A stretch of DNA of 64,000 bases from a virus (IMGVR_UViG_3300026549_000030:160001-224000); one strand, 5' to 3'; shown: positions 39,965 through 50,639, numbered from the stretch's first letter. Made by a program: numbers and translations. The notes: generated by a model from the letters alone, not told the origin.

Positions 39965-40495
39965 TTATATAGAAAGTAGAACTTTTTTGATTGACTCCGA
40001 TACGATTACCCTGAGAGTATCCTCATTAATGGTAACTGTCTCATTTTCAATTCCCTTATTATAGACATCGGGCCAATGATACCTATCGCTAGCAAGTTTT
40101 CCGTTAACCTTAACGCCATTAATGGATTCTACGTAATCCGCGCCATCGCCGTCAATATAGAATACCTTCTTACCGATACACATCTCGTAACTATGCCCCC
40201 CGTTTCCGTGCGCACCCATTGTAACCAAGAGCGCAAATACCGCCCTTGCGTTTTTCGTATCGAACGTTGCCTCAAACGCCCTATCATCATCAACTTTTTT
40301 AAGTTCCAAGTGGCTTATCTTAATGGATGGGAAGAAGAAATCTTCCTCATCAAGCCCATATTCACTTTTCTTGTTGTAATCAATCCTCACAACGATATCC
40401 TTCTCAGTAAGTCCGTTGAGGTGCTCCAATACGGCATATACCCCGTCCTCGGGAGAGCCGTCTTTCTTTGTGTAACTTCTAAATCTGACTGTCAT
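39965..40495 (-). CDS. Hypothetical protein with C-terminal tag
   Basis: TVTINEDTLRVIVSESIKKVL; TATTTAT upstream (40503-40509). Confidence 0.7.
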   Translation of the reverse strand: MTVRFRSYTKKDGSPEDGVYAVLEHLNGLTEKDIVVRIDYNKKSEYGLDEEDFFFPSIKISHLELKKVDDDRAFEATFDTKNARAVFALLVTMGAHGNGGHSYEMCIGKKVFYIDGDGADYVESINGVKVNGKLASDRYHWPDVYNKGIENETVTINEDTLRVIVSESIKKVLLSI

Positions 40496-40554
40496 AACAT
40501 TGATAAATACCTTTTTATTCGCGAATAATTAAAATTTTGGAGTATATTTGTCAT

Positions 40555-40728
40555 ATGACAATAGAAGAAATCAGACTACAAGTAGCAATCTCCTGCATTC
40601 AGGGAGTATTGGAAGCCAAGCACGGCGTTATCGGTGAAGTTGTTCCCGCATTGGCGGTTGAGGAATCGCTCAGAATTGCCGATGAGTTCGTTAAACAATG
40701 GGAAGAACGGTATGGCATACGAAGCTGA
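40555..40728 (+). CDS. Small hypothetical protein
   Basis: ATG after TATATTTG. Confidence 0.55.
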   Translation: MTIEEIRLQVAISCIQGVLEAKHGVIGEVVPALAVEESLRIADEFVKQWEERYGIRS

Positions 40729-40963
40729 GATTCGTGAATTGTATGAGGAATATCTATCACTGCGTGAATGCTTTGATGCTAGCGTAAAAAAAGCCAATAT
40801 AAGTGACGATATACTCGAGCGCGTGTTTTATTTCAGAGCCGCCGCAGAATATGCGCGTAAAATGAATGAAGTGGCGGAAAAACGCTACGGCTATATTAAG
40901 AGAAAATTCCCAAGTAAGCCAATATCATTAATAGAATATATACAAAAAAAGGAGGACGCTTGA
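40712..40963 (+). CDS. Hypothetical protein
   Basis: Start trimmed; overlaps upstream ORF. Confidence 0.55.
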   Translation: MAYEAEIRELYEEYLSLRECFDASVKKANISDDILERVFYFRAAAEYARKMNEVAEKRYGYIKRKFPSKPISLIEYIQKKEDA

Positions 40964-40995
40964 TCCTCCTTTAATTTTATCCATAATATGTAAGG

Positions 40996-41343
40996 TTAAA
41001 ATTTCCAGCTGTTCCTGTCGCCAGACGTGCAGTAAACAAGCGTATTTTCATCATAGTAGTTATTCACACACCCGAATACGCTGAATGAACCGCCCCTTGT
41101 CTCCTGCGCCTTCTTCTTTGCGTCGTTAATCGCGTCCTTCTCAGCATCGTACCCTTCTCCCGTAGAGGTGTAATTCTGAATAACGGCGTCGCAACTGTCG
41201 TCAACGAGAACATAGCTGTCGTAACCGTTCTTCCACTTCAAGTCCCCGAATTCATTTTCAGATAGAACCTTCTGTATTGTTTCAGAAACCATTTCACGAA
41301 GTTGCGCCTCGTTGATTTTTATAACGTTCTTATTTTTTCTCAT
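40996..41343 (-). CDS. Hypothetical protein with N-terminal tag
   Basis: KNVIKINEAQLREMVSETIQKVLSE. Confidence 0.7.
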   Translation of the reverse strand: MRKNKNVIKINEAQLREMVSETIQKVLSENEFGDLKWKNGYDSYVLVDDSCDAVIQNYTSTGEGYDAEKDAINDAKKKAQETRGGSFSVFGCVNNYYDENTLVYCTSGDRNSWKF

Positions 41344-41353
41344 AATATTTTCT

Positions 41354-41575
41354 TTATTTCTTATTCCATTTCTTAGCATTCTGAGAGAATGTTGCCCTTT
41401 TCCTTGTAATGGGATTCTTTGAATGTGTAAGTTCCTCAGTACTCTTCCCTGTCCTCTCCTTCGTGGCGTTAAACTTCCCCTTGTTCTTTTCCTTTATATG
41501 AATACCCCCCTCCCTGAGACTTTCCATGATAACGGAAGATATTATTTCCCTTAATTGCGATTCTGTTATTCTCAT
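41354..41575 (-). CDS. Small basic protein with N-terminal tag
   Basis: MRITESQLREIISSVIMESLRE + GGIHIKEKNKGKF...RKRATF; TATTTAT at 41598-41604. Confidence 0.7.
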   Translation of the reverse strand: MRITESQLREIISSVIMESLREGGIHIKEKNKGKFNATKERTGKSTEELTHSKNPITRKRATFSQNAKKWNKK

Positions 41576-41640
41576 GCCTTTGCCTTTTATTTTATAGATA
41601 AATACCTTAATATAAGGTAAAGCAAGTAATATTGTAAACC

Positions 41641-41845
41641 GATTTTGAGGAAATTGGAATTTTTTTCCGGGAAAATTTTTTGAAAATGGTACCCTTTGAA
41701 AAAAGAAGGGGGTACCCCATGGAAAAATTCGAAAATTTTTCCGGAAATTCATGCGCGGCATTGCCCCCCGCCTTTTGGGTATTGACGGGCAGGGTAACAT
41801 AGGGGGGAGCTTACGTAGGGAGGGGTAGGGGGAGGGGCTCCCTCC
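41641..41845. other. Non-coding boundary element with palindromes, A/T tracts and G-quadruplex-type G-runs; candidate origin, terminus or packaging site
   Basis: GGGGTACCCC 41709-41718; GGAAAAATT-CGAA-AATTTTTCC 41721-41742; GGGAGGGGTAGGGGGAGGGG 41818-41837. Confidence 0.55.
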
Positions 41846-42394
41846 GTGTGCCAAGACAGTGGATACGCCTCCACCCGGGTGAATATATTCTTTAAAATAC
41901 TCGAAGGCGCCGCATACGCAAGTGAATCTACAGTTTTTTTGTATCTGCACGAGAGGAGTGTCTTCCCAATCGCAATCCGTGACTGGTTTCTCAGATAATC
42001 ACCCAAATTTAGAAAATGCGGTGAAAAATGTCTTTGTAACATATTGATTTTCAACAACATACAAAACAGAAGAAAAACAGGAAAAATCTCGAAGTTTTGA
42101 ACTTTATATTCGTTAAAATAATACAGCAGCGTGCATGGGCAAGTGTTTGTTTCAAAAAGTTAAGAGAAAGTCAGAGTGGGAATGGTTGATAGAGATTCTG
42201 CGGAGATAATGTCTGAGATACTTGCGAGTGCGACGAACCTTCTTATTTTAAAGAATATATACAGCCATCTGCAGGCTGGCTCGGGCTTCGGAGAAATTCA
42301 GCGAAAACGAAGAGAATTTTTTGAAAATCGCTGACATTTATTTGCGAATGTAAAACTAATTCACTATCTTTGTATGTAGATAAAGGAAGATATT

Positions 42395-42559
42395 ATGAAA
42401 TGGTTATTCAAGACAATCGTTGACGGAGTAGTAAACACTTGCTACGAATTTGATAGTGAGGAGAAAGCCGAGAGGTGGAGAAAGAACTACATTGAGGAAA
42501 TGAGAAAAATCGGTTGCTATCCGTTAAAGGGTTTGGAACTGAAAGTTGAACAAGCATAA
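42395..42559 (+). CDS. Small early hypothetical protein (54 aa)
   Basis: Hand-translated, directly after promoter. Confidence 0.6.
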   Translation: MKWLFKTIVDGVVNTCYEFDSEEKAERWRKNYIEEMRKIGCYPLKGLELKVEQA

Positions 42560-42570
42560 AATTTATCGTT

Positions 42571-42888
42571 ATGATTAAGGAACACTTTTACGAGGACATT
42601 GCACGAAAGTATCAGTTCGACAAACACATTTGGGAGGGTTGGACTGTAGGCGATTTCGTTGCAGAGTTGGAACCGAGCCTTGACAACATTATGGATTTCA
42701 GTGAGAGCCGTGCATATTGTGAACCGAGATTGACTACCAAGGTAGAGATTAAGGATTGGGTGCGCAACAATCTTCCGTACACCACCAAGGCGCTGAACGA
42801 AGTTACCAAGTATTTCGTGGACAAGTACAATGGAATGGCTATCTTCGATCCTGAAAAGCCGAACTGCATAGGGAAACTGAAACTTTAA
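42571..42888 (+). CDS. Early hypothetical protein
   Basis: 105 aa ORF followed by terminator. Confidence 0.7.
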   Translation: MIKEHFYEDIARKYQFDKHIWEGWTVGDFVAELEPSLDNIMDFSESRAYCEPRLTTKVEIKDWVRNNLPYTTKALNEVTKYFVDKYNGMAIFDPEKPNCIGKLKL

Positions 42889-42911
42889 GGGAAACGATAT
42901 TTTTGAGAGAG

Positions 42912-42937
42912 GGCAATCCGAGAGGGTTGCCTTTTTT
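42912..42937 (+). terminator. Intrinsic terminator, representative of a family closing the early units
   Basis: GGCAATCC-GAGA-GGGTTGCC-T6; similar hairpins near 45151, 46687, 47630, 49856, 52651; GCCACCGA-GAAA-TCGGTGGT type near 49116, 50973. Confidence 0.85.
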
Positions 42938-43261
42938 CGTATCTGTTTCCCATGAGGAGAGTCCTGAGGTGAACTGTAGTATATTCCTTAAAATAGATGA
43001 AGGCGCCGCACGAGCAAGACTTCGGGGAGAAAATGCTGGGGCAATGGGTGGGTGGCAGTTTCTGAAAAAAAGTGAGCGACAGACTTGTCAGTGTCGTCGA
43101 CGTGGATATTTTAAGGAATATATACAGCCAGCTGCAGCTGGTTATCAGGGCAGTCGGGCTTCGGGGCGTTGCTTCCAAAAAAAAGATGAACTTTTTTGCG
43201 CAGGGTATTGCATATGTAAAAAATAATGCGTATCTTTGAATAACAAAAGAAAAGAAAGAAT

Positions 43262-43648
43262 ATGGAAATCGTATCAATGAAGAAAGATTGTCTTGGGACA
43301 ATGGAGTTCACGCTCAAGATTGGAAAGATGAAAAAGGCGGAGAGTTTTTGCACTTATCCAATACAAAAGGGCGATAGTGGGGATAAGGTGTATTTGCAGT
43401 CGCATCATCGTTGGGCGGAGTTGAACACGCAGACGGGCGAAATTATAATGTCAGCAAGAAGAGCGCAGTACGCGAACTCAATGTGGCTGCTTGAATGTCG
43501 CATCAAGGGAACGGATGAAATCGACAAAGCGACAAGCGAACAACTTGAGCAGATGCTTTCAGCAATTCGGAAAACCGCAAGTCCAATGGCAGGTGGCAAC
43601 AATATATTGTCAATGTTCTGCGACAATTCCAACGCAGGGTTAGTGTAG
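43262..43648 (+). CDS. Early hypothetical protein
   Basis: 128 aa, own promoter and terminator. Confidence 0.75.
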   Translation: MEIVSMKKDCLGTMEFTLKIGKMKKAESFCTYPIQKGDSGDKVYLQSHHRWAELNTQTGEIIMSARRAQYANSMWLLECRIKGTDEIDKATSEQLEQMLSAIRKTASPMAGGNNILSMFCDNSNAGLV

Positions 43649-44013
43649 GTTACTTCAGTTGGTTGGTAAAGTCCGTGCCGTATGGCGCGGATTTTTTTGC
43701 TACAGTGTTTTCGGGTGAGCCATAGTCGGAGAAAATTTTTGAGAAAGACTTGCGAGTGTCGCCAGGTGAAGTATTTTAAAGAATATATACACCAGCTGCA
43801 GCTGGTTATCAGGGCAGTAGGGCTTCTTTGCTTATAATATTGAGATGACATACCGTGGATACGTCTTTGCTGTCTGGAGTATATTCTTTAAAATAGCCAG
43901 AGGCATCGCATGGGCAAGAAAATAGACGGATAATTTGTGATAAAAAACTTAAATTAAATTTTGTAATGTTGATTATTTTTATTAAATTTGATGTAAATTA
44001 AAAAGATAATAAT

Positions 44014-44187
44014 ATGAAAAAGAACGAGAAACTTTGCAACGAGTTCAAGGGATTGACTATCTACGATTCCGAGAACGAGCAGTTCCCCTACTTCGTGAAA
44101 GAGTGGGACGAGTGCTTCACCTACGAAGAAATTAAGGAACATTGGAGAGAAGATATGGACTTCGCCAACATTGACACGGAGCAGTAG
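44014..44187 (+). CDS. Small acidic early protein (57 aa)
   Basis: Hand-translated, after promoter 43983. Confidence 0.6.
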   Translation: MKKNEKLCNEFKGLTIYDSENEQFPYFVKEWDECFTYEEIKEHWREDMDFANIDTEQ

Positions 44188-44714
44188 CGCACGAAAGAAA
44201 TGCCTTTGGATTACGGGCGACATTTTGGATAAGGTACCAAAATGTAGATAGCCACCCACCAAATCGGTGGGTGGTTTTCTTTTATCAGGGAGAGTATCCT
44301 GAGTAGAACTGTAGTATATTCTTTAAAATAACAGAAGGCGCCACACGAGCAAGGGTTTGTTCAGAAAAGTGCATTTGGAAGCGTTAGGCGCAGTTTTTCT
44401 GTTCAGGGACTTGCAGATGCGGGTTCTTCATGTATTTTAAAGAATATAATGCGCCGCAGCGAGCGTGCTGAGGCTCTTGGCACAGTTTCACTCGAATGAC
44501 AGACAGAGATTCTTCTGAAATTTCTCGTTCAGCGACTTGCAGGTGTCGTCGATACAGGTATTTTAACGAATATATACAGCTGGCTGCAGGCTGGTTATCA
44601 GGGATGGTCTGGCTTCATGAATCCGCGTTAAAAAAATTTCGCAAGGGTATTGCATAAGTAAAATATTATACTTATATTTGCATAAGGAAAGTTGAACAAT
44701 TAAATCAAGAGGAA

Positions 44715-45128
44715 ATGAACGTTTTTCAGTATTCTTCAGTAGTTGAGCAAAATTGGAAAGCCAATCTCGGAGATATGACGGATTGGAAACCGAGTTACAC
44801 TTTCTATAGCGATTTTGCTATAGCCGAGTTCTGCCAAGTTTGGCTGCGTGAGAATAACGCAGTCAAAAAAACCTACAACCAAGTTATCAAATCTTGGGGG
44901 AGCAACTACAAGGCTTTGACGGAAATCGTTATGGTGCTTAACCACAAATCGTGGGCATTTGCCAAGCCAAACCGAGTGGACGCAAAGTACCTCAATGTCG
45001 GGGATTCGTGGGCGGACTATTTCGTAGAACTCTATAGCGAACTCTATAAGAAAGCGGACGCGCTTTACCGAAAGAAGTTTGCAAAGAACGAAACCGCTAT
45101 GAGTTACTACTTTGATGTAACTGATTAG
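44715..45128 (+). CDS. Early hypothetical protein
   Basis: 137 aa, own promoter and terminator. Confidence 0.75.
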   Translation: MNVFQYSSVVEQNWKANLGDMTDWKPSYTFYSDFAIAEFCQVWLRENNAVKKTYNQVIKSWGSNYKALTEIVMVLNHKSWAFAKPNRVDAKYLNVGDSWADYFVELYSELYKKADALYRKKFAKNETAMSYYFDVTD

Positions 45129-45790
45129 TACTCGATTGAGTACAAGAAATGGCAATCCGAAAGGGTTGCCTTTTTTCGTTGGTACTACCGACAGACTGTG
45201 GTGACGGGACTCAGGAGGTATTATATTCTTTAAAATAAGAAGGCTGCCTGCATGTGCAAGAGTTCAGAGAGGAAATCTGTACTCTACTGCCGTCAATGCT
45301 GTTTTTCTCGTGGAACGACTTGCCGGTGCGGCGTCGTCATCTATTTTAAGGAATATATGGAGGCTGCCAAGACGTCTCGGGCTTCGATAGCGTGGCTTCC
45401 AACAGGGACTTACTGTAAATGCCAAAGAGAGTATCCTGAGGAGCGTGCAATATATTCTTTAAAATAATCCTTCGTCTGACTCATGCAAATTTTTCAAATG
45501 GAATTTTTCCATGAAAAATCTTAAGCGAAAACTTTAGTGGAAATTTGCCCATGCGGCGCCTTCCAGTATTTTAAGGAATATAATAACGGGCTGCCACAGA
45601 ATTGGGCTTCTTGAAAAAAAGTTAAAATTTTTTGAAAGAATCAGAGAGAAAATGGGTATAAATATATGTAAGCAACAAAGAAAAAAAAAACAAAGAAATT
45701 TTGCGCAAGGTATTGTATATGTAAAAATTATTTTGTACCTTTGTTGTCAGAAAGAGATAAGGAAGTATAACCAACAAACACACTACCACT

Positions 45791-46663
45791 ATGGCAAGAG
45801 CAATTGACGTGCGTTGCGGCAGCACCAAGAGCCGCACAATGGCTACCGAACTTTTCATGGCTGAAGCTCGCAAATATAACGTGCTTACGGCTGACGAAGA
45901 GCTTGAGCTTATCAACAAGGCGCAGGCAGGTGATGAATCCGCGAAAACCGCGCTCGTGAACCACAACCTCCGTTTCCTTTTCTCGCTCGCAAGCAAGTTC
46001 GCGAAGGGCGACGAGGCTATGGATTTAGTTTCCTACGCCACGATTGGCATGTACAAGGCAATAGACTCGTATGATGCCACTCGCGGACTACGTTTGCTTT
46101 CTTATGCCGTACATTGGATGCGTGCGGAAATTTCCGAATACTACAACGGTGACGCGCAACTTGTCCGCAATAAGCAGCAGTACAAAGTTGCCGCTCGCAG
46201 TGTACGCGTTAATGACAAGTTTTTCGCGGAAAACGGGCGGTATCCAAGCGAAGCGGAACTCGTTGAGATTCTGAACTCCGAATACAACCTAGAACTGAAA
46301 AAGCGCAGCGATGTCCTTCGCCACTCCTATACCTCCCTCAACTCCAAGATTGACGAGGACGGGGCAACTTTGGAAGAAATTGGAGAGGTTGCTATTGCTA
46401 CCGCCTGCCACAATGAGGTGGAGGACTCGATTGAGTCCGAAGATAGGGCGCACACCCTCGAGAAACTCCTTTCCACACTCCCCCTGCGGAATCGTATGAT
46501 TCTCGAAATGTCTGTCGGAATGGGCGACTACGAGGGCATTGAACGCGATGACGATGCAATCGCAGTAGAACTCGGACTTACGAGGGAGAGAGTCCGTCAG
46601 ATTCGCCTCAAGAGCCTTGCAACTCTGAAGGATAGAGCAAAGCGTATTCTCGCTACCGCATAG
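45791..46663 (+). CDS. Phage sigma70-family (RpoD/RpoH-like) RNA polymerase sigma factor
   Basis: LTADEELEL, LVNHNLRF, YDATRGLRLLSYAVHWMR, IAVELGLTRERVRQI. Confidence 0.92.
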   Translation: MARAIDVRCGSTKSRTMATELFMAEARKYNVLTADEELELINKAQAGDESAKTALVNHNLRFLFSLASKFAKGDEAMDLVSYATIGMYKAIDSYDATRGLRLLSYAVHWMRAEISEYYNGDAQLVRNKQQYKVAARSVRVNDKFFAENGRYPSEAELVEILNSEYNLELKKRSDVLRHSYTSLNSKIDEDGATLEEIGEVAIATACHNEVEDSIESEDRAHTLEKLLSTLPLRNRMILEMSVGMGDYEGIERDDDAIAVELGLTRERVRQIRLKSLATLKDRAKRILATA

Positions 46664-47000
46664 ACTCGGTTGAGTCTGAAAGAAAGGGCAACCCGAAAGG
46701 GCTGTCTTTTTTTTTATGCTTTAGCTATCGACGGCGGAGTCGTATCCGACGCCTGTTTTATATTCCTTAAAATAACGAAGGAGCCTGCACCTGCAAGTCG
46801 CTCGAACAGAAATATTCATTCTATACACCCGTACTGCGGTTTTTATCAGGAGAGTCTTGTGGATGCGGGTTCACCATGTATATTAAGGAATATAAACAGA
46901 TGGCTACCAGCTTCTTCAACAGTTTGAGGCCATGTTAAAAATAAATTTGCACAATAGAAATATTATTCATATATTTGCAATAGATAAAGAGAAAAGAGTT

Positions 47001-47240
47001 ATGAAAATCAGAGTTGTTTCTTACAATGCGTACGAAGAATGGCACGAAGAAAAAATGGCTGAAGGTAAAGGAAAAGGTTTGTCCGAACTGACGGATAAAG
47101 ACTTTATGGAAATTTACAAGAAAGATGGCGCAAATTGGGAGTTTGATTCATTTCGAGCATTTGCAGATGAATTCAATTCTGACGGGCCGTTCGCTCCGAC
47201 TCCATACGCGCATATTATCAGATTTTTCCCTAACGAATAA
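47001..47240 (+). CDS. Early hypothetical protein
   Basis: Start trimmed to ATG after promoter 46970. Confidence 0.65.
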   Translation: MKIRVVSYNAYEEWHEEKMAEGKGKGLSELTDKDFMEIYKKDGANWEFDSFRAFADEFNSDGPFAPTPYAHIIRFFPNE

Positions 47241-47252
47241 AATATTTGGGCT

Positions 47253-47591
47253 ATGAAAATTTCATTATACTTTTCAGATAGAATTAAAAATTTGAAGTAC
47301 GATTTGATTCGTGCAATTACCTCTTCCGTGCTTGGTAACGAAGGTTCTATTGCTTTCCCCACGAGTGACGAGGAAGAAGAAGATAAGGTAGTGATTGACG
47401 CGCACGTTGATATGTCGGGACAGACTGAACCTTGCACAATCGGTAGCGTGGCAATCAACCACAATTTGAATGCGGAAGTTAATATGTCAGGCAGGTTTTT
47501 TGGGCATTGGACGCTTGAAGTAACTGAATTGTCAATCGAATCGCTTTTCTCCATTGTAGAATACCTTGACAAAAATGGCTACGTTAAGTAG
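47253..47591 (+). CDS. Early hypothetical protein
   Basis: 112 aa ORF. Confidence 0.65.
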   Translation: MKISLYFSDRIKNLKYDLIRAITSSVLGNEGSIAFPTSDEEEEDKVVIDAHVDMSGQTEPCTIGSVAINHNLNAEVNMSGRFFGHWTLEVTELSIESLFSIVEYLDKNGYVK

Positions 47592-47914
47592 CGTGGCGAG
47601 GTTCATATTTCTTATTTTTCTTTCAAAAGGGCAGCCGTAAGGTTGCCCATTTTTTTTTCGAGTGTTCTGTTGCGTATGCGGCGAGCCCGTTTATTTTAAG
47701 GAATATACATCCTGTTCAGAGGCGTGGTTTCGAGATGATGTCGATTCATGCTTAAGATAATGCATGCATCCAAAACTGTAGGACATGCAATTATATTCGT
47801 TAAAATACGCTTCCTGACGACACTGACAAATATATCAGGATAAATTTTAGAAGAAAAAATATTTGCATAATTCGCTGAAAATCACTATATTTACATAGTT
47901 AAAGTTAAGTAATT

Positions 47915-48337
47915 ATGAAAGAATCAGAGATTAAAACCTGCCCTTATTGCGGCTCAGAGAACATTGAGTGGATTAGCGATGATGATTGCTACAACGAGTA
48001 CCATTGGCATTGCCACGAGTGCGATTGTTGGTTTGACGCAGACGTTTGTGAACACGAGGAGTATTGGCACCAAATTTCCGCCTTGCTGAATGGAACGAGC
48101 ATTGAGAAGCCATTGGTACTTGGCTCGTATGTTATCCTTCCGTCAGTTGAGGACGAGAGTTGCGGATTGAGCGACTTGGAGAAACTGAACATTGACAAGG
48201 TACACCAAATTGAGGGTGATGGAACTATGTGGTATCATTTTGAGGGAACTCCGGAAACTGACGACTACTGGTATGATATGTCAGAGTTGGACACAAGAGA
48301 TTTGAAGTATCTTCTTGAAGAACTTAGGAACTTATAG
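47915..48337 (+). CDS. Early acidic Zn-ribbon protein
   Basis: CPYCGS...CHECD. Confidence 0.7.
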   Translation: MKESEIKTCPYCGSENIEWISDDDCYNEYHWHCHECDCWFDADVCEHEEYWHQISALLNGTSIEKPLVLGSYVILPSVEDESCGLSDLEKLNIDKVHQIEGDGTMWYHFEGTPETDDYWYDMSELDTRDLKYLLEELRNL

Positions 48338-48615
48338 AGCATATCCTTTGGTGCCGAAACGAAATCCGTGCAGAAATGTACGGATTTTTTTGTTGGAATA
48401 CTTGCGAGTGCCGTCGTCTGTAGTTTTTTAATGAATATAAAGACGGGCTGCCACTGTTCTCTCCTGTTGAATTGCCTCAACCTCCTGAGAAGCGTGCGAT
48501 GTATTCTTTAAAATAAATCACGCTCTGGCATCCACAAATTTTCTTCTCATGTAAAAATAAATTTGGATATGTGAAATTTAATGTTTATCTTTGCAATAGA
48601 TAAAATAAAAGAAAT

Positions 48616-49086
48616 ATGTGCCTTTACATTTCAACTAAATTTCATCACTCTGTCAATGAAGAGTACAGAGCAAAAAAAGTAGGTAAGAATCCGTTGTTAG
48701 TTTGGAAAGTCCTTGAATACAACTATAGTACGCTAGGATACCAAACTCCTTATGAATATTTACCTATCACTTTCAATAATGGAATGAAAGTGGTAGATGG
48801 GATAGGATTTCGTCCCGTAAAGCAAAAGTCGTATTCATATATAAACACGGCTGTGAACGAGGGCGTTCACGCATATCACACAAAGGACGATGCAACAGAT
48901 GCCACGATAGAAGCATTAGAGTCTGGGTGGAGATTTAAGCGATTTCCTGCTATAATTCCTTCGGGCGAAAAATATTTCATTGGGATATACGGGGATATTG
49001 TTGCAAGCAAGATGATTATCTTCAAGAGTATGAAAAGTCTTAACAAATATCTTAACGGAAAAGAAACAACAACAATTGATGATTGA
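48616..49086 (+). CDS. Early protein, MCL family paralog 1
   Basis: MCL..TPYE..GVHAY..AIIPSG..IG..GDIVA. Confidence 0.75.
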   Translation: MCLYISTKFHHSVNEEYRAKKVGKNPLLVWKVLEYNYSTLGYQTPYEYLPITFNNGMKVVDGIGFRPVKQKSYSYINTAVNEGVHAYHTKDDATDATIEALESGWRFKRFPAIIPSGEKYFIGIYGDIVASKMIIFKSMKSLNKYLNGKETTTIDD

Positions 49087-49298
49087 AATTTGGTAGAGTT
49101 ACCAAGGCAGATAGAGCCACCGAGAAATCGGTGGTTTTTTTATTCCCGTACTTGTGAGTGCGGCTCCTTCTGTTATTTTAAGGAATATAAACAGTTCAGG
49201 ATACCTGTTGAACAGCCTCTTCAAAAAAAATGAAAATAAATTTTGATATGTAGAAAATTATGTATATATTTGCAAGTAGATAAATCAAGAAAGAAGAC

Positions 49299-49520
49299 AT
49301 GAAAGCAGAAGAAATTTTTATGACACTTGCGCCTATGATTAGCACCACTGACGGAAAGGTGGCATATTTGCGAATCGGTAAGGGACTTGCCTATGGAAAG
49401 GTTTGGTGCGACTATGTTCGTGCTGACAATGGAGAAAGGATTTATCTTCAAAATAAGTTCTATCCGACTTTGGAAGAATCCATAAGCGCACTCTACGATG
49501 TAGTAGTAAAAAGCAACTGA
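49299..49520 (+). CDS. Early hypothetical protein
   Basis: 73 aa after promoter. Confidence 0.65.
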   Translation: MKAEEIFMTLAPMISTTDGKVAYLRIGKGLAYGKVWCDYVRADNGERIYLQNKFYPTLEESISALYDVVVKSN

Positions 49521-49521
49521 C

Positions 49522-49833
49522 ATGAAAAAGGCAATCGTTAATGTAGAATATACAAAGAATTGGGCGAATGATGGCTATGACACATATTCTACAAAGGACT
49601 ACAAGAAGATCGCTGAACTTGATTTTCCGACAAAGGACAGAAGTGAGTTCCGCGTGTACAAGGGTGACGGATATGGTGCATACGATTTGAACTACACAAC
49701 CTATCCGACTTTGCCTATGGCTATGCAGGGCGCAGAGCAGGCGTGCAAGTCTTTTCTCCTTAACAAGAAACGCTATGTTGAAAAGTTCAACTATCCGCAG
49801 GAAACAAACGAATCGCTCAAAATGGGCGACTAA
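49522..49833 (+). CDS. Early hypothetical protein
   Basis: 103 aa then terminator. Confidence 0.65.
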   Translation: MKKAIVNVEYTKNWANDGYDTYSTKDYKKIAELDFPTKDRSEFRVYKGDGYGAYDLNYTTYPTLPMAMQGAEQACKSFLLNKKRYVEKFNYPQETNESLKMGD

Positions 49834-50237
49834 TACTTTGCGTCTCTATCAAAATGGCACTCCGAGAGGGGTGCTTTTTTTTGCTTGAGTTCTTGCCCGT
49901 GCGACAAACCTGATTATTTTAAAGAATATAATTACAGTGGTTCTCGAAGCATGGACAGGGCTCCTCAGATACGTCGGCGTGATATATTCTTTAATATACG
50001 CTGCGATCTGGCATGGGCAAATTTTCCACGATGAAAAAAAATGAAAATAATTTTGCAATTGTAAAATAAAACACATATATTTGCAATAAGAAAAATACAC
50101 AAATATGACACAAGCTGAATTAGATTTTTTAACGAGAACCCCAAGACTTCTCAATGCAATGGTGGATGAGCTTAAAAAGCTTAACGAGAATATCAAGAAA
50201 CTCACCGAAAAGGTTGAAAACCTGGAGGATTAACTCT

Positions 50238-50639
50238 ATGTACACCGAGAAATGCAAAAAAGCTATCGCAGCTCTTGAATCAATTACGGGAGCTTTCGCG
50301 AAAACAGAGCAGCTTGCTATCGCCACGCTGAAGGCATTGCTTCTTCCCGTGGGTGAACACGGAGTAACTGTTACGAATCTTGACGAGCTTGCAGAGAACG
50401 AGTTCATCGTTCTCGCGGAGGAAAAGCCGTTTGACTTTAAGCCCGTAACTCTTGTACGTTACAATGAGAAGAAAGACTCAATTGAGGTGTTTGTCTCCGA
50501 GTGGGAAGAATACAAGGTATCCGTCTCCGCAGAGGGCAGGTGGGTTGATATTGAGGACGCGCACGTTGATACGCACTTTCTCCTTGACAACGTTATCACC
50601 AATCTTGAATGGGCAGACTATTACGATGAAGATGAATAG
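50238..50639 (+). CDS. Early hypothetical protein
   Basis: Start trimmed (MYTEK); a 42 aa ORF at 50105-50233 precedes it. Confidence 0.6.
   Translation: MYTEKCKKAIAALESITGAFAKTEQLAIATLKALLLPVGEHGVTVTNLDELAENEFIVLAEEKPFDFKPVTLVRYNEKKDSIEVFVSEWEEYKVSVSAEGRWVDIEDAHVDTHFLLDNVITNLEWADYYDEDE

Noticed and set aside
41576-42060. ORFs 41354-41950 (extension) and 41749-42060
   Set aside because: They translate the palindromic/G-rich non-coding element and the first repeat
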